A stretch of 64,000 nucleotides of DNA from Minisyncoccota bacterium (GTDB lineage Bacteria; Patescibacteriota; Minisyncoccia; Phycocordibacterales; UBA9973): NCBI GenBank assembly GCA_036517375.1, contig DATDWM010000017.1, forward strand, positions 3,208 to 67,207, written 5' to 3'. A program made the translations under genes and the position numbers. The notes under the pieces were generated by a model. It was not told the DNA's origin and made no database searches. It saw nothing but the letters and a program-made list of their open reading frames with translations. Shown here in pieces: positions 46,918-59,374 of the stretch; positions within the stretch are counted from its first letter, which is position 1; the number at the start of each line of letters is the position of its first letter.

Positions 46918-47685
46918 ATGGAAGAAACTACACAAGAAAACAAGCCCGAGGATAAAATGAATACAATAAATACAAGCCCGCAAAGCGCACCTAGGACCTC
47001 CTTTACCAACCAGTCCCAGATAACCGGGGCCATAATATTAGCTGCGCTCATAATCGGAGGCGCAATACTCCTTCGTGGCTCTACTCCACTATCCGATACT
47101 GCCCAAAATAATCAGAACAATACTGCCAATCTACCAAGCGCCAATATGCGTGCTGTGTCAGCTGACGAACACATAACCGGAAATGTAAATGCAAGAGTTG
47201 TAATCGTAGAATATTCCGACCTTGAGTGTCCTTACTGTAAAGTATTCCACTATACAATGCGGAAAGTTCTAGAAAACAATCAAAACGTAGCGTGGGTCTT
47301 CCGGCACTACCCTATCCCACAACTCCACGCCAAAGCGACCCGTGAAGCTGAAGCAACCGAGTGCGCCTGGGAACAGGGTGGCAATACTGCCTTCTGGAAA
47401 TATGTAGACCGCGTCTTTGAAGTTACTACTTCAAACGATGGGCTACCGGACGCCGAGCTTCCTAAGATTGCTGCCTACATTGGGCTCAACGAAACATCTT
47501 TTAGTTCTTGTCTGTCCAGCGGTAAATACGCGTCCAAAGTGGAAGCTGACGTGTCCGACGGAAGAAACATGGGGGTAAATGGAACTCCGTCATCCTTTAT
47601 CTTATTAAATGGGAAAATAGTAGACACCATCCCGGGCGCCCAGCCATATGAGGTGGTCATGAAAGCTCTCAGCGAAATAAAATAA
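46918..47685 (+). CDS. DsbA-like thiol:disulfide oxidoreductase, membrane-anchored
   Basis: Thioredoxin-fold active site ECPYCKVFH. Confidence 0.7.
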   Translation: MEETTQENKPEDKMNTINTSPQSAPRTSFTNQSQITGAIILAALIIGGAILLRGSTPLSDTAQNNQNNTANLPSANMRAVSADEHITGNVNARVVIVEYSDLECPYCKVFHYTMRKVLENNQNVAWVFRHYPIPQLHAKATREAEATECAWEQGGNTAFWKYVDRVFEVTTSNDGLPDAELPKIAAYIGLNETSFSSCLSSGKYASKVEADVSDGRNMGVNGTPSSFILLNGKIVDTIPGAQPYEVVMKALSEIK

Positions 47686-47765
47686 TTTTTTAATCGAAAT
47701 ATAACTAGGTACAATATTTCGATGTCGCTCGGACATTACGCAAATAAATTTGCGCATGCTTCTCG

Positions 47766-48989
47766 CTAATCGAAATAATTCTTTAACCTTGAGATTTTGT
47801 CATGACTGCGAAGCTTTTCGTGCACTTTGGCTTCAATCTGACGAATACGTTCACGAGTGACGCCGAACTCTTCCCCTACACGCTCTAGGGTGTGCTGAAT
47901 GCCGTCGAGTAATCCATAGCGCATCTCTAGAATCTTGCGCTCTTTGGGATTAAGCTCATCTAAGACTTCCCTGATTTGATCCGACAGAATGCGACGAGAA
48001 GACTCCTGGTCCGGACGCAGGATTTTATCATCCGGAATAAAGTTCTCGAGAGTAGACTTGTCGTCATCGTCCCCCACCGGCTGTTCTAAGGAAACTGTTT
48101 CTTGGGAAATATTTTCAATGATGTGAATTTTCTCCACCGGTATACCCATCTCAGTGGCTATCTCTTCCGCTAATGGCTCACGTCCCAAATCCTGAGAGAG
48201 TTTACGGTGAGTTTGTTTATACTTTGAAATAGTCTCTACCATGTGCACCGGTATACGGATTGTTCGAGACTGGTCGGCTAGCGCGCGAGTAATAGACTGA
48301 CGGATCCACCAGGTCGCATAGGTAGAGAATTTAAATCCCCGATTCCAGTCGAACTTTTCCACCGCCTTGAATAACCCTAGGTTACCTTCTTGAATTAAGT
48401 CGAGAAGGGTCAAGTTGGCACTGCGGCCCACGTATTTCTTGGCAATAGAAACAACCAAGCGCAAGTTTGCCCGAGCGAGCAAATTCTTCGCTTCTAAATC
48501 CCCTTGTTCGATGCGCTTAGCCAAATCCTTTTCGTCACTCGCATGGATAAGAGGATATTGTCCTATCTCCTTCAAATACATTTGAATGGAGTCATACATG
48601 CCAGACTTATTTAAGTCTTTATCGGTGCCCTCCACATCAAGGTCAAGCAAGTTTCCACCTTCGAGCACGTCAATGCCTGCAACTGCCAACTTTTCATAGA
48701 GCTCGTCGAGAAAGAAAATATTATTTTCAATATCCGGGAAAGTTTTTAAAATCTCGTCATAAGTAACGAATCGACGCTTACGCCCCTTTTCAATCAGCAA
48801 GTTGGATAAACGGTCTAAGGTTTCCTTTTTCTTTTCGGCCACTGTTAGCTTCTTTGCCACAGGAGCAGTCTTCTTCGGAGACTTACTCTTTATAACTTTA
48901 GATTTTTTGACCTTCTTTTTCACCACTCCATGCGGCTTGGATACTTTTGCTTTTTTATGTAATTTTTTGTTTTTTGTTTTTTTCTTCAT
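47766..48989 (-). CDS. rpoD: RNA polymerase sigma-70 factor
   Basis: Region 2.x [35 protein letters not shown]; region 4 HTH. Confidence 0.9.
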   Translation of the reverse strand: MKKKTKNKKLHKKAKVSKPHGVVKKKVKKSKVIKSKSPKKTAPVAKKLTVAEKKKETLDRLSNLLIEKGRKRRFVTYDEILKTFPDIENNIFFLDELYEKLAVAGIDVLEGGNLLDLDVEGTDKDLNKSGMYDSIQMYLKEIGQYPLIHASDEKDLAKRIEQGDLEAKNLLARANLRLVVSIAKKYVGRSANLTLLDLIQEGNLGLFKAVEKFDWNRGFKFSTYATWWIRQSITRALADQSRTIRIPVHMVETISKYKQTHRKLSQDLGREPLAEEIATEMGIPVEKIHIIENISQETVSLEQPVGDDDDKSTLENFIPDDKILRPDQESSRRILSDQIREVLDELNPKERKILEMRYGLLDGIQHTLERVGEEFGVTRERIRQIEAKVHEKLRSHDKISRLKNYFD

Positions 48990-49008
48990 TTTTCTTAATT
49001 TTATTTTG

Positions 49009-50754
49009 TTACTTTAGACGACTATTTTTAATATTTTGTATCAAATCATTTATTTCTTTTATCTCTTTTAAAATCTGGGGTGATTTATTAAATTCTTTCT
49101 TCTCTTCAGCCGTATAAAGCTCCTTCATCTTACACCCTAGGGCTTCTTTCAGATATTCTTCTCGGAGGTTATCTAGCATCTCCTGTACATCCTTCTCTAG
49201 ATTCCCATCCGCTCCATAGAAAACTTCCGCCTCATAAATCAAATCCTCCTTGGCGGTATCGGTCTTCTTGAGCACTTCTTCCTCGCTAGTATCAAGAATT
49301 AGAGCTATATCTTTTAAAATTTGAGCCGAATTAATCTTTTGTTCCTTGAGAGTCTTCTGCCATAAAATAATTCCCAGGAGCTTGCGGATAATATAATCTT
49401 TTCGAAATACTTGCCCCGAGGCTAAGGCCTTAGCACTTACTTCAGTCTTTTCATATTTTAATTCTTGTTCAACTTTTTTCAAATCATCCCCCAAGGCGGA
49501 CTCCGGTATCCCCGAACGGTCACTAATCTTTTTTATAAAATGCATCTTCTCGATAGAGCTCTCGAGAGCCGAGATGAAGGGAAGAATTTTATCTTTTATT
49601 TCTCTTCCCACCTTGCGCGAATCCTCAGTTGATCTCAGAACTTTTTCTAAAAGAAACTCTATGATGTGTTTCGACTTCTTCACTGCTTCCTTCCAAGCAG
49701 GTACCCCTTCTTTAGAAATTAAATCCGCCGGATCCACCCCCTCCGGCATGTCAGCCACCTTTACATCCATACCCAAAGAAAGCGCGATTCTACCGGCTCT
49801 TAGGCTCGCATTGAGCCCCGCCTTATCCCCATCAAAGGCAAGCACTAGATTGTCAGATAAGCGCCGTATGAGCCCCAGATTGCTCACAGTGCTGTCCTTG
49901 GTCTCCGTAGAGTCTGCTAAGGCTGTACCTGAGGTAGCCACCGTGTTGCGGTAGCCCGCCTGATGAGAGAGAATTAGGTCCATCTGTCCTTCTACTAGAA
50001 TAGAAAAGTTATTCTTACGGATAGAATCTTTCGCACGGTCGAGACCATAGAGCACGGAGGACTTACTAAAAATGGGTGTCTCGGGACTGTTTAAGTATTT
50101 CGCAGACTTTCCGTCGTCTACGAAAATTCTTCCAGAGAAAGCAATAATCCGGCCACTCGAGTCCGCAATTGGAAACATTACTCGGCCGCGAAATCTATCG
50201 TAAAAACCTTTTTCACTTTTCTTAACTAATCCTGCTTTTTCTAACTCTATATCTGTAAACCCGCCCTTCTTCAGATAATCATAGAGCTTGCGCCAGTCAT
50301 TGTGAGCAAAGCCTATTCGAAAGTCTGAGATGGTGTTAGCCTCAAGTCCGCGAGCCTTCAGGTACTCTTGTACTTCCCTGTTTCCTTCTAAGTTCTTAGA
50401 AAAATATAACGCCGACTCTTCCATCGCTCTGTATAATTTCTCCTTTTCATTTTCTTCCTCTTTGTTCTGGTACTCCAGGGTAACTCCAGCACGGCTTGCT
50501 AAAAGTTTAAGCGCTCCCTTGAAATCCAAGCCCTCGAATTCTTCCACGAAAGTAAAAATGTCTCCTGAAGCGGAACAACCGAAACAATAATAACTCTCCC
50601 GCCCGGGCGAAACGAAGAACGAAGGCGTCTTTTCGTTGTGAAATGGACACCTAGCGCGAAAGTTGGCGCCGGATCGTTCTAGCTTTATGTAAGAAGAGAC
50701 AACATCTTCGATTGAAAGTCTCTCCTTTATTTTTAGAACGGGAGAGTTGTTCAT
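49009..50754 (-). CDS. dnaG: DNA primase
   Basis: CHC2 zinc finger [17 protein letters not shown]; TOPRIM VEGQMD. Confidence 0.9.
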   Translation of the reverse strand: MNNSPVLKIKERLSIEDVVSSYIKLERSGANFRARCPFHNEKTPSFFVSPGRESYYCFGCSASGDIFTFVEEFEGLDFKGALKLLASRAGVTLEYQNKEEENEKEKLYRAMEESALYFSKNLEGNREVQEYLKARGLEANTISDFRIGFAHNDWRKLYDYLKKGGFTDIELEKAGLVKKSEKGFYDRFRGRVMFPIADSSGRIIAFSGRIFVDDGKSAKYLNSPETPIFSKSSVLYGLDRAKDSIRKNNFSILVEGQMDLILSHQAGYRNTVATSGTALADSTETKDSTVSNLGLIRRLSDNLVLAFDGDKAGLNASLRAGRIALSLGMDVKVADMPEGVDPADLISKEGVPAWKEAVKKSKHIIEFLLEKVLRSTEDSRKVGREIKDKILPFISALESSIEKMHFIKKISDRSGIPESALGDDLKKVEQELKYEKTEVSAKALASGQVFRKDYIIRKLLGIILWQKTLKEQKINSAQILKDIALILDTSEEEVLKKTDTAKEDLIYEAEVFYGADGNLEKDVQEMLDNLREEYLKEALGCKMKELYTAEEKKEFNKSPQILKEIKEINDLIQNIKNSRLK

Positions 50755-50762
50755 AAATATAT

Positions 50763-53700
50763 TTATTCTTCTGAACCCTTTTCGCCCGAGACGAATCCGC
50801 CCTTGGAGGAAAATCCGGTTCCTGCCGGAATGAGTCGTCCGATAATAACGTTTTCCTTGAGTCCGCGGAGAGAGTCCACTCCGCCCTTGATTGCATTCTC
50901 GATTAAGATACGGTTCGTGTTCTGAAATGAAGCAGCGGAAAGCCAGGACTTGGTTCGGAGGGACACTTCCGTAATACCGAGCACGACTGTCTCCGCCTTA
51001 GCTTCTTTACCTCCAGATTTTACCACTCGAACGTTTTCTTCAATGAACGCAGTGTTTTCCACAATATCTCCGATCGAGAAGTTCGTTTCACCGGCATCTT
51101 TTACTTTACGCCTAGAGAACATCTGGCGAACAATTATTTCTATGTGCTTTCTAGAAATCGAAGCACTTTGCAATTCGTAAACTTTGTTGATTTCCGCAAT
51201 GATATACTCTTCCACTAATTCCTTACCGCCGAATTTAAAGATCGAAGCGATGTCTGCGGATCCGTCCGTTAGGAGCTGTCCTCTGTGAACGCGGTCTCCG
51301 GACTTCACGAATGGCACACGACGAAACGGAACAATGTATGCAACTTCATTTGCCTTGCCGTCGAGCTTGGTGTCGGAAAGCACTTTAATTATTTTTTCTT
51401 TTCCATCTTTGTCAGTCACGGAGATGACTTCACCATCTGTTTCAGATATTATTGCCGGGTTCTTAGGAATTCTTCTTTCAAATATTTCTTCAACACGAGG
51501 TAGACCCGTAGTAATGTCAGTACCTGCCACCCCTCCGGCGTGAAAAGTACGAAGTGTAAGCTGAGTACCCGGCTCACCTATAGCTTGCGCCGCGATGATA
51601 CCTACCGCCTCACCTTCTTTTACTAAATGATTTCTACCCAAGTCTAGTCCGTAACAACTTACACAAATTCCATGAACAGTGTGGCAAGTAAGTGGTGAAC
51701 GAACAAATACTTCCGTGAATCCGGCCGCCTCAATAGCATAAGCTTCTTCCTTGGTAACCAGGAATCCTTTCTTGTAGGCAACTTTCCCGTCTTTGTCTTT
51801 CAAGTCTCCAGCTAATATCCGACCCCGGATATTCTTAGAAAGTGGAATTTCTATACCAGAAATATTTTCCTTAGTTACTACCTTGCCTTCCTTGGTTCCA
51901 CAATCCTCTTCAGTCACCACCACGTCCTGAGCCACGTCAACGAGTCTCCGAGTTAGGTATCCGGCCTTAGCAGTGTTAAGCGCCGTATCAGACGCACCCT
52001 TACGCGCACCGTGAGTAGTCACGAAGTACTCAATTGGGGAAAGTCCTTCTTGATATGAAGGAATAATCGGGAATTCTAAAGTTCTACCTTGGTTGTTTTG
52101 GATAAGTCCTTTCATCCCACTCATCTGAGTAAGCTGACCCATTGATCCACGGGCTCCAGAAGTAAATATGTCATAAGCAGAACCATTTTTATCTAACGCA
52201 CCTGGTAAAACTTTCTCCAAATCTTTTTTAGCATGAGTCCAGATTTCAATAATTTTCTGATATCGTTCTTCTTGTGAGAGTAATCCGTCTTTCCATTCAG
52301 AAATTACTTGCTCCTCAAGTTTCCTGCCCATAGCTATAATTTTTGGTTTTTCTATCGGTACTTTTACGTTATCTAATCCCCAGGTTGTACCGGATACTGT
52401 CGAATACTTAAATCCGAATTCTTTTATCTTGTCTAGAATTGGAGGCGTACTGTCGATACCATAAGACATAATAAGCTCGTCCACTAATGAAGACATTCTT
52501 TTTTGCGTCATTTCATCGTTCACGTAAGAGAAATCGTTCGGCAAGATACTGTTGAATAGAAGTTTCCCCACTGAAGTTTCGAAAATATTACCATCGAACT
52601 TTTTGTATTTTGGAGTATCAGTTGCTAGAACTTTTATTTTAGCGCGGAGAGAAACAACCCCGTATTCATATGCAGTAATCGCAGTGTTTGGATTAGGGAA
52701 ATGTTTTCCCTCTCCAATTTCTTCATCTGATGATTTAGTCATCCAAAAAGACCCTAGCACTATGTCCTTACTTGGATTTACTATAGGATCACCATTTTGT
52801 GGCTTGAGCAAGTTCTTGTTGGAAGCCATGAGCTCTCGAGCTTCAGCTTGTGCTTCATCTAGAAGAGGTACGTATACGGCCATCTGGTCTCCATCGAAGT
52901 CCGCGTTGAAAGCAGTACAAACAAGTGGATGCACCTGAATAGCGTTTCCTTCGATAAGAATAGGGTTGAAAGCTTGAATACCGAGACGGTGAAGGGTTGG
53001 CGCACGGTTTAGAAGCACGTACTTACCTTGGATCACCTCTTCGAGCATGGCCCAGACTTCGGGGGTACGCTCTTCGATAAGTTTATTTGCGCCACGGATG
53101 TTGAACGCGAGTTCCGCTTGCAGAATTTTAGAAATAACGAACGGTCGGAAAAGTTCCAAGGCCATATGCTTTGGGAGTCCACATTGGTTAAGCTTGAGCT
53201 GAGGACCAACGACGATAACCGAACGTCCGGAATAGTCCACACGCTTACCGAGCAAGTTCTGACGGAATAGTCCTTGCTTGGATTTCAAATTATCTGATAG
53301 AGATTTAAGCGGACGCTTCTGAGACTGACTCATAGCGGCAGAATCATTCTGCTTAGCGATAGAGTTATCTATAAGCGCATCCACAGCTTCCTGAATAATT
53401 CTTTTTTCATTTCTCAATATTACGTCTGGAGCATTTATTTCTTTAAGCTTTCTTAGACGATTGTTTCTATTTATCACTCGACGATACAGGTCGTTTAGAT
53501 CACTGGTTGCATGACGTCCACCATCTAGCGCCACCATCGGACGAAGTACTGGAGGAATAACCGGAATCACGGTTAAGAACATCCATTCTGGACGAATAGA
53601 TGCGTAGTTCATAGCACGAATGAGAGATAGCCTCTTTTGCAACTTCTCTTTCTCGACAGCACTCGCCTTTACAAGCATAGCTTCCGTGAGAGTTTTTAAT

Positions 53701-54386
53701 TTATTTAGGTCAAGATTTTTGAAAATAGAATAGATGGCTTCGGCTCCGATGTTAGCTTCGAAACAAGTGCCGTACTTGAGGGAATAATGATGGAAGGATA
53801 TTTCATTCAAAACTTTTCCCTCGTAAATCTCACCTATTTCTTTCTTGGTGATGGATAGCAAGTTTTTAAGTCTCTCTCGAGTTTCTTCATCTGGAACATT
53901 TTTAAGCTTAGCTTTATACTCTTTGTCTAAATTTTCTATCACGCTTGCCTTTTCCTCCTCGTGAACCCTAGTAATGATGTACCCGGCAAAGTAGATAACC
54001 TTCTCCAAGTCGGAAACTGAAATATTGAGCAAGATACTCATACGAGAAGGTACTCCACGGAGGAACCAAATATGGGAAACAGGAGTAGAGAGTTCGATGT
54101 GGCCCATGCGCTCTCGCCGCACAATAGAGCGAGTTACTTCCACTCCACACTTTTCACAGATTATATCTTTGTAACGAATCCTTCGGTATTTACCGCAGTA
54201 GCACTCATAATCCTTTTCTGGTCCGAATATTTTCTCGTCAAAGAGTCCTCCACGCTCGGACCTGCCGGTGCGGTAGTTTATAGTTTCGGGCTTGGTAACT
54301 TCTCCGTAAGACCATTCCTTTATTTGCTCAGGAGAAGCCAGACGTAGGGTGATGTGATCAAATTCAGTTATATTTAATGTTTTCAT
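50763..54386 (-). CDS. rpoC: DNA-directed RNA polymerase subunit beta'
   Basis: [11 protein letters not shown] catalytic motif; 1207 aa. Confidence 0.95.
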   Translation of the reverse strand: MKTLNITEFDHITLRLASPEQIKEWSYGEVTKPETINYRTGRSERGGLFDEKIFGPEKDYECYCGKYRRIRYKDIICEKCGVEVTRSIVRRERMGHIELSTPVSHIWFLRGVPSRMSILLNISVSDLEKVIYFAGYIITRVHEEEKASVIENLDKEYKAKLKNVPDEETRERLKNLLSITKKEIGEIYEGKVLNEISFHHYSLKYGTCFEANIGAEAIYSIFKNLDLNKLKTLTEAMLVKASAVEKEKLQKRLSLIRAMNYASIRPEWMFLTVIPVIPPVLRPMVALDGGRHATSDLNDLYRRVINRNNRLRKLKEINAPDVILRNEKRIIQEAVDALIDNSIAKQNDSAAMSQSQKRPLKSLSDNLKSKQGLFRQNLLGKRVDYSGRSVIVVGPQLKLNQCGLPKHMALELFRPFVISKILQAELAFNIRGANKLIEERTPEVWAMLEEVIQGKYVLLNRAPTLHRLGIQAFNPILIEGNAIQVHPLVCTAFNADFDGDQMAVYVPLLDEAQAEARELMASNKNLLKPQNGDPIVNPSKDIVLGSFWMTKSSDEEIGEGKHFPNPNTAITAYEYGVVSLRAKIKVLATDTPKYKKFDGNIFETSVGKLLFNSILPNDFSYVNDEMTQKRMSSLVDELIMSYGIDSTPPILDKIKEFGFKYSTVSGTTWGLDNVKVPIEKPKIIAMGRKLEEQVISEWKDGLLSQEERYQKIIEIWTHAKKDLEKVLPGALDKNGSAYDIFTSGARGSMGQLTQMSGMKGLIQNNQGRTLEFPIIPSYQEGLSPIEYFVTTHGARKGASDTALNTAKAGYLTRRLVDVAQDVVVTEEDCGTKEGKVVTKENISGIEIPLSKNIRGRILAGDLKDKDGKVAYKKGFLVTKEEAYAIEAAGFTEVFVRSPLTCHTVHGICVSCYGLDLGRNHLVKEGEAVGIIAAQAIGEPGTQLTLRTFHAGGVAGTDITTGLPRVEEIFERRIPKNPAIISETDGEVISVTDKDGKEKIIKVLSDTKLDGKANEVAYIVPFRRVPFVKSGDRVHRGQLLTDGSADIASIFKFGGKELVEEYIIAEINKVYELQSASISRKHIEIIVRQMFSRRKVKDAGETNFSIGDIVENTAFIEENVRVVKSGGKEAKAETVVLGITEVSLRTKSWLSAASFQNTNRILIENAIKGGVDSLRGLKENVIIGRLIPAGTGFSSKGGFVSGEKGSEE

Positions 54387-54425
54387 ATGTTTTGCTTATT
54401 ATTTCTTAATTATTTTCTTGTATTT

Positions 54426-57400
54426 TTAATTTTCTTCTATTTCTTTAGATGTATATTTTTTTAAATTTACATCTAAGGCTAGACCTCTTAAATAGTTAAG
54501 CAAGACATTGAATGATGCGGGAGAGTTAGGTGATCGAATTTTCTCGCTTTTGATAATAGAATCAAATGTGGCTGAACGCCCTAGGATGTCGTCGGACTTG
54601 ATAGTAAGCATTTCGCGTAGGGTGTAAGCCGCACCGTACCCTTCGAGTGCCCACACTTCCATCTCTCCGAATCTCTGTCCTCCACCTTGAGCTTTACCGC
54701 CCAATGGCTGTTGAGTAATGAGGGAGTAGGGACCAATAGAACGCATGTGTATCTTATCTTCCACCATGTGATGCAGTTTCAAGATATACATATAGCCCAC
54801 AGCGATGTCCTGTTCGAAGCTCTCCCCAGTGCGTCCGTCAAAGAGCTTCATCTTACCACTCTCTGGAAGCCCGGCTTTTTTTAACTCTTCTTTTATCTCT
54901 TCGTGCTTAGCTCCTAAGAACGGAGGCACGATAGCTTGGTAGCCCAGAGTATTAGCCGCCATACCGAGATGGATTTCAAAAATTTGTCCCAAGTTCATAC
55001 GCGATGGAACTCCGAGCGGTGAAAGGATAAGGTCTATCGGTGTACCGTCAGCCATGTATGGCATATCTTCTTCTGGTAGCACAGTAGAAATAACTCCCTT
55101 GTTTCCATGACGTCCAGAGAGCTTGTCTCCGACTGAAATATTTCGGATCTGCGCAACTTCAATAACTATTTTCTTGATTATGCCGGCTTCGAGAGAATGC
55201 CCGAGGTCACGAGAAAATATCTTAACTCCCACAATGCGGCCACGCTTGCCGTGCTCCATACGTAGAGATGTGTCCTTCACATCACGCGCCTTCTCGGCAA
55301 AGATGGAACGAAGGAGTCTTTCTTCTGGAGTAAGTTCTGTCTCACCCTTAGGAGTGATTTTACCAACCAGAATATCGTTTTCTCTTACTTCCGCTCCGAT
55401 ACGCACGATACCGTCTTCATCTAGGTCTTTCAATTTAAGTTCCCCCACATTCGGAATGTCACGAGTAGTTATTTCGGGTCCAAGCTTGGTGTCGCGGACA
55501 GTACAAATAAATTCCTCCACATACACAGATGTAAATTTACTATTTTTTACTAATCTTTCAGAAATAATTATCGCATCCTCGTAAGTAGAACCAGACCAGG
55601 ACAAGAAGGCAACTAAAATATTCTGCCCGATGGAAATCTGCCCGCCTACAGTACTTGAAGTATCTGCTAAAACATCACCCTTCTTTACCTTGTCACCCAC
55701 ATTCACCGCTCCACGCTGATGGAATACGGAAAAGTTGTTGTTGCGGAGGAAGTTTACTAACGGATAAGTTTTTTCTTTATCTGATTTACCTTTGACTATT
55801 ACTTTCTTGCCGTCTACATAAGTAACTACTCCTTCTTCTTCGTTTAGCACCAAGCGGCCAGAATCCCGAGAAGCTAACTCTTCTATGCCTGTGGCAACTA
55901 GCGGCACTTCCGGCAACACGCAAGGCACTGCTTGCTTCTGCATGTTCGAGCCCATGAGTGCTCGGTTAGCATCATTGTGTTCTAGAAAAGGAATCATGGA
56001 AGTCGCCAAGGAGAAAGCTTGGTTCGCAGCTACGTCAATAAAGTCTACTTCCTCGCGTGGTATGGTGCCTGGCTCAGTCTTCACTCGAGCTTCTACTCGC
56101 TCTTCAGTTATTTTTCCATTCTCATCATAAGGAATGCCCGCGTGCGCAATGTTATACTTTTCTTCCTCAAGCGCGTTCAAGTAGACCATCTCTCCAGTGA
56201 TCTTTCCATTTTTAACTTTAATGTAGGGAGTTTCGATGATACCAAACTCGTTTAATTTGGAATAGGTTGCTAGGTGCACGATAAGCCCAATGTTCGGACC
56301 TTCTGGAGTATGGATCGGACAAACTCGGCCGTAGTGGGATGGATGCACGTCACGTACTTCAAGCCCCGCCCTCTCACGTGTAAGCCCTCCTGGTCCTAGG
56401 GCGGACAACAATCGAATATGCTCCATTTCCGCCAAGATATTTTCTTGGTTCATGAATTGGGAAAGCTGGTTGGTAGTGAAAAATTCTTTAATGCGAGCTT
56501 GTAGTGGGCGCTGATTTATTATCTGTATCGGCATCGCGGTCTGTACATCAATGATGGACATTCGGTCCTGAATATTTCTTTTGATCTGCATCATACCGGT
56601 GCGGATCTTTTGCTGTAAAATTTCTCCCACAAAGCGAACTCGGCGCTGACCTAAGTGGTCAATATCGTCTCCCTTGGCTCCTGGAGTACTGTTAAGGACA
56701 ATGATATTTGTAATCACAGTCATCAAGTCTTCTTTGGAAATAGTTCGGCGAGCAAGCTCTGCTTCGTCCATCGGCTTTTCGAATCTTTGATTAAATCGGA
56801 AACGTCCTACAGGAGATAGGTCATAACGCTCAGCGGTAAAAAGAGAGTTAATAAACTCTTTCGCATTCTCGGCAGTAGCCATGTCTCCATCCCTTAGCCT
56901 CTTGTATATTTCAATATATGTATCATTTAAACTCTTAACTCCATCCTTAGCGAGGCATGCCTTTATCACCTCTTCACACATAGGATTCTTGGAAAAAGCC
57001 TTTAGAATCTGCTCATTCGTCTCATAGCCCATCGCTCGAAGGAGGGCGGTAGCTGGAAATTTTCTCTTTTTGTCTATTCTTATATAAATTGCTCCATCTG
57101 CCTCAGACTCTATTTCAATCCAGACTCCGCGAGCTGGAATCATCTTCGCACCGAAATATCTTTTACCTTTGCTTTCAGATTCAGTAAAGAAAACTCCGAA
57201 GCTGCGAGCTAGCTGTGGTACGATGACGCGCTCCACGCCGTTTATGATGAAGGTTCCGTGCGGAGTCATTAGCGGCAAGTCGGACATAAATATTTCCTGT
57301 TCCTTAACTGTACCTAAAATTTTATTGGTTAACTTCACGCGTACCTTGAGCGCTCCCTGATATGAGAGTTTGTTTACCTTAGCATCGTTCTCATCTGTCT

Positions 57401-57638
57401 TAGACTCTCCCAAAGTAAAAGATGAAAACTCAAGTTGAAACTTTTTTCCTGAATAATCCGAAATTGGAGAAAATTCCTTAAAGACTTCCTTAATACCCTG
57501 CTCCACGAGCCAGTTGAAGGACTTGTTTTGAGCCTCTATTAAATTAGGAAAATCCACAAGAGGCTTCTTGTATCTTCCAAAATACTTCTTCGGACGCTTT
57601 TGTTCTGTTTGCATAGTTATTGCACTCAAATAAAGCAA
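54426..57638 (-). CDS. rpoB: DNA-directed RNA polymerase subunit beta
   Basis: Conserved beta-subunit blocks throughout; 1070 aa. Confidence 0.95.
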   Translation of the reverse strand: MLYLSAITMQTEQKRPKKYFGRYKKPLVDFPNLIEAQNKSFNWLVEQGIKEVFKEFSPISDYSGKKFQLEFSSFTLGESKTDENDAKVNKLSYQGALKVRVKLTNKILGTVKEQEIFMSDLPLMTPHGTFIINGVERVIVPQLARSFGVFFTESESKGKRYFGAKMIPARGVWIEIESEADGAIYIRIDKKRKFPATALLRAMGYETNEQILKAFSKNPMCEEVIKACLAKDGVKSLNDTYIEIYKRLRDGDMATAENAKEFINSLFTAERYDLSPVGRFRFNQRFEKPMDEAELARRTISKEDLMTVITNIIVLNSTPGAKGDDIDHLGQRRVRFVGEILQQKIRTGMMQIKRNIQDRMSIIDVQTAMPIQIINQRPLQARIKEFFTTNQLSQFMNQENILAEMEHIRLLSALGPGGLTRERAGLEVRDVHPSHYGRVCPIHTPEGPNIGLIVHLATYSKLNEFGIIETPYIKVKNGKITGEMVYLNALEEEKYNIAHAGIPYDENGKITEERVEARVKTEPGTIPREEVDFIDVAANQAFSLATSMIPFLEHNDANRALMGSNMQKQAVPCVLPEVPLVATGIEELASRDSGRLVLNEEEGVVTYVDGKKVIVKGKSDKEKTYPLVNFLRNNNFSVFHQRGAVNVGDKVKKGDVLADTSSTVGGQISIGQNILVAFLSWSGSTYEDAIIISERLVKNSKFTSVYVEEFICTVRDTKLGPEITTRDIPNVGELKLKDLDEDGIVRIGAEVRENDILVGKITPKGETELTPEERLLRSIFAEKARDVKDTSLRMEHGKRGRIVGVKIFSRDLGHSLEAGIIKKIVIEVAQIRNISVGDKLSGRHGNKGVISTVLPEEDMPYMADGTPIDLILSPLGVPSRMNLGQIFEIHLGMAANTLGYQAIVPPFLGAKHEEIKEELKKAGLPESGKMKLFDGRTGESFEQDIAVGYMYILKLHHMVEDKIHMRSIGPYSLITQQPLGGKAQGGGQRFGEMEVWALEGYGAAYTLREMLTIKSDDILGRSATFDSIIKSEKIRSPNSPASFNVLLNYLRGLALDVNLKKYTSKEIEEN

Positions 57639-57781
57639 TAAAAAAACGAAAGAAAAACACAGGAAAAGATGCTTTTCTTTAGCTTCTTATAGGTTTATTT
57701 AGAATTATGATTAAGCTAACCCTAGTAATAAAACACTTTACACCGAGGATTGCATCCGATACTCAATCAATGAATCTAACG

Positions 57782-57809
57782 TAGTATACTCATATCTAAA
57801 CTTTTGTCA
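57782..57809 (-). promoter_or_regulatory. Sigma-70-like promoter candidate for rpoB operon
   Basis: Minus strand TTGACA - 16 nt - TATACT. Confidence 0.35.
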
Positions 57810-57821
57810 AATCTTGAGCTG

Positions 57822-58499
57822 TTAACTACTTCTCTGCTTCCACTCTTCAATCTTTTTATGATTGCCGGAAAGTAGAACTTTCGGCACTTTGTAATTTTTT
57901 GTTTTCTTGCCCCGTCCTCCTGGCGGGGTATATTTTAAAACTTCTGGACGCGTATAAAATTCACTACTTGATACCCTTTCTTCTTCTAAAGACTCATATT
58001 TACCCAGAACGCCTTTGATCTGGCGGGAAATGGAGTCAATAAGGACCATGGCTGGCAGTTCCCCTCCGGTAAGAACATAATCCCCGATCGAAATATCCTC
58101 TGCCTTTAAAATCTTTTTAACCCTAGCATCAATTCCTTCATACCGGCCGGAAATTAAAATGATATCAGTATATTTTTTGACTGATTCTTTAGCATAAGCA
58201 GTAGTAAATTTCTTGCCAGTGGGAGAAAAATTTATGATCTTGATTTTTTTGCCTTTTATTTTTTTTATAGCGGCTTCAACTGCCTTAAGGATGGGCTCGG
58301 CTCGCATAACCATGCCAGGTCCCCCGCCATAAGGCTTGTCATCCACCGGCTTGTAGTTACTTTTATTACCTTTGACGAAATCCCTAGGATTATAAAATTT
58401 TATTGCTATATGTTTATTCTTGATCGCTCGTCCAATAATAGACTCGTTTAAATATGAATCAAAGATGTCTGGAAAAATTGTAATAATATGAAAGCGCAC
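57822..58499 (-). CDS. trmD: tRNA (guanine37-N1)-methyltransferase
   Basis: SPOUT-fold TrmD pattern (MRFHIITIFPDIF..., GGELPAMVLID). Confidence 0.9.
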   Translation of the reverse strand: MRFHIITIFPDIFDSYLNESIIGRAIKNKHIAIKFYNPRDFVKGNKSNYKPVDDKPYGGGPGMVMRAEPILKAVEAAIKKIKGKKIKIINFSPTGKKFTTAYAKESVKKYTDIILISGRYEGIDARVKKILKAEDISIGDYVLTGGELPAMVLIDSISRQIKGVLGKYESLEEERVSSSEFYTRPEVLKYTPPGGRGKKTKNYKVPKVLLSGNHKKIEEWKQRSS

Positions 58500-58505
58500 T
58501 TATCC

Positions 58506-58883
58506 TTATATTCCCTTCAAGTCCTCCATTGCTTCGTCTACTGTTTTAAGTGAGCTTGGGGCAGCGCCAGGAGAGCGCTCTCCAGCTGGCCTTGGGGGCA
58601 CCTGATTCATGTCATGCACTTCCTGCCTCATGCCTCCTTCCGGCTCGTTTATTTTTAAGTTAACTCGCGCGTTATTCTTCATACCGATGATGCGTAGGAG
58701 GGTTCGAATAGCCTTGGCAGTGTTACCCATGCGTCCGATAATTTTACCCATGTCTGCTGGATTTACAGTAAGTGTTATAAGCACACCCATTTCATCTACT
58801 GTTCTATCGATCTTCACATCATTCGGATTGTCCACCAGAGCCTTTACCACATATTCTAGAAATACTTTATCGTTGTCTTGCAT
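58506..58883 (-). CDS. KH-domain RNA-binding protein (YlqC/UPF0109-like)
   Basis: GKIIGRMGNTAKAIRTLL KH motif; positioned between rpsP and trmD as usual. Confidence 0.7.
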   Translation of the reverse strand: MQDNDKVFLEYVVKALVDNPNDVKIDRTVDEMGVLITLTVNPADMGKIIGRMGNTAKAIRTLLRIIGMKNNARVNLKINEPEGGMRQEVHDMNQVPPRPAGERSPGAAPSSLKTVDEAMEDLKGI

Positions 58884-58994
58884 ATTATAAATATTTGTAA
58901 TCTTTTAATGTTCAGTCGTGCAGTATCGACATAACTGCTAAGTATATTGTACAGCACCTACCAGAGACAGGCAAGCTTGCCCGCCTCTGGCGGG

Positions 58995-59315
58995 TTATTT
59001 CTTAGCCTTTAGTTCCTTTCTTTTTTGGGTTGGCTTTTTCTTAGGAAGCACATTTACTTTCTTACCAGTTATTGCTTTTTCATGCACTAGAAAATTGTGC
59101 ATAGTGTCAGAAAGCTTAGCGCCCTTACTAATCCAGTACTTCATTCTCTCAGTCTCAAATTTAGTCTCTTTGTTTTTATCTTTTGCTTTTGGGTTGTAAG
59201 TACCTAGAATTTCCAAGAACCTGCCGCTCTTGGTGCTGTTTTTGGAATCGGTCAAAACTGCCCGAAACGCTGGGTCATTCTTCCTGCCTATTCTCTGCAA
59301 TCTGATTTTTAACAT
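58995..59315 (-). CDS. rpsP: 30S ribosomal protein S16
   Basis: MLKIRLQRIGRKNDPAFRAV... S16 signature. Confidence 0.9.
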   Translation of the reverse strand: MLKIRLQRIGRKNDPAFRAVLTDSKNSTKSGRFLEILGTYNPKAKDKNKETKFETERMKYWISKGAKLSDTMHNFLVHEKAITGKKVNVLPKKKPTQKRKELKAKK

Positions 59316-59374
59316 AGAAGCAGTCTAACACAAAGATTTTTAAAAGCAATACGCCGTAATGTATATTAAGCTTT

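Noticed and set aside
47686-47765. Palindromes TCGAAATAT/ATATTTCGA and CGCAAAtaaaTTTGCG between dsbA-like and rpoD
   Set aside because: AT-rich stems without adjacent U-runs. They could be protein-binding sites, but there is no evidence, so they are not called.
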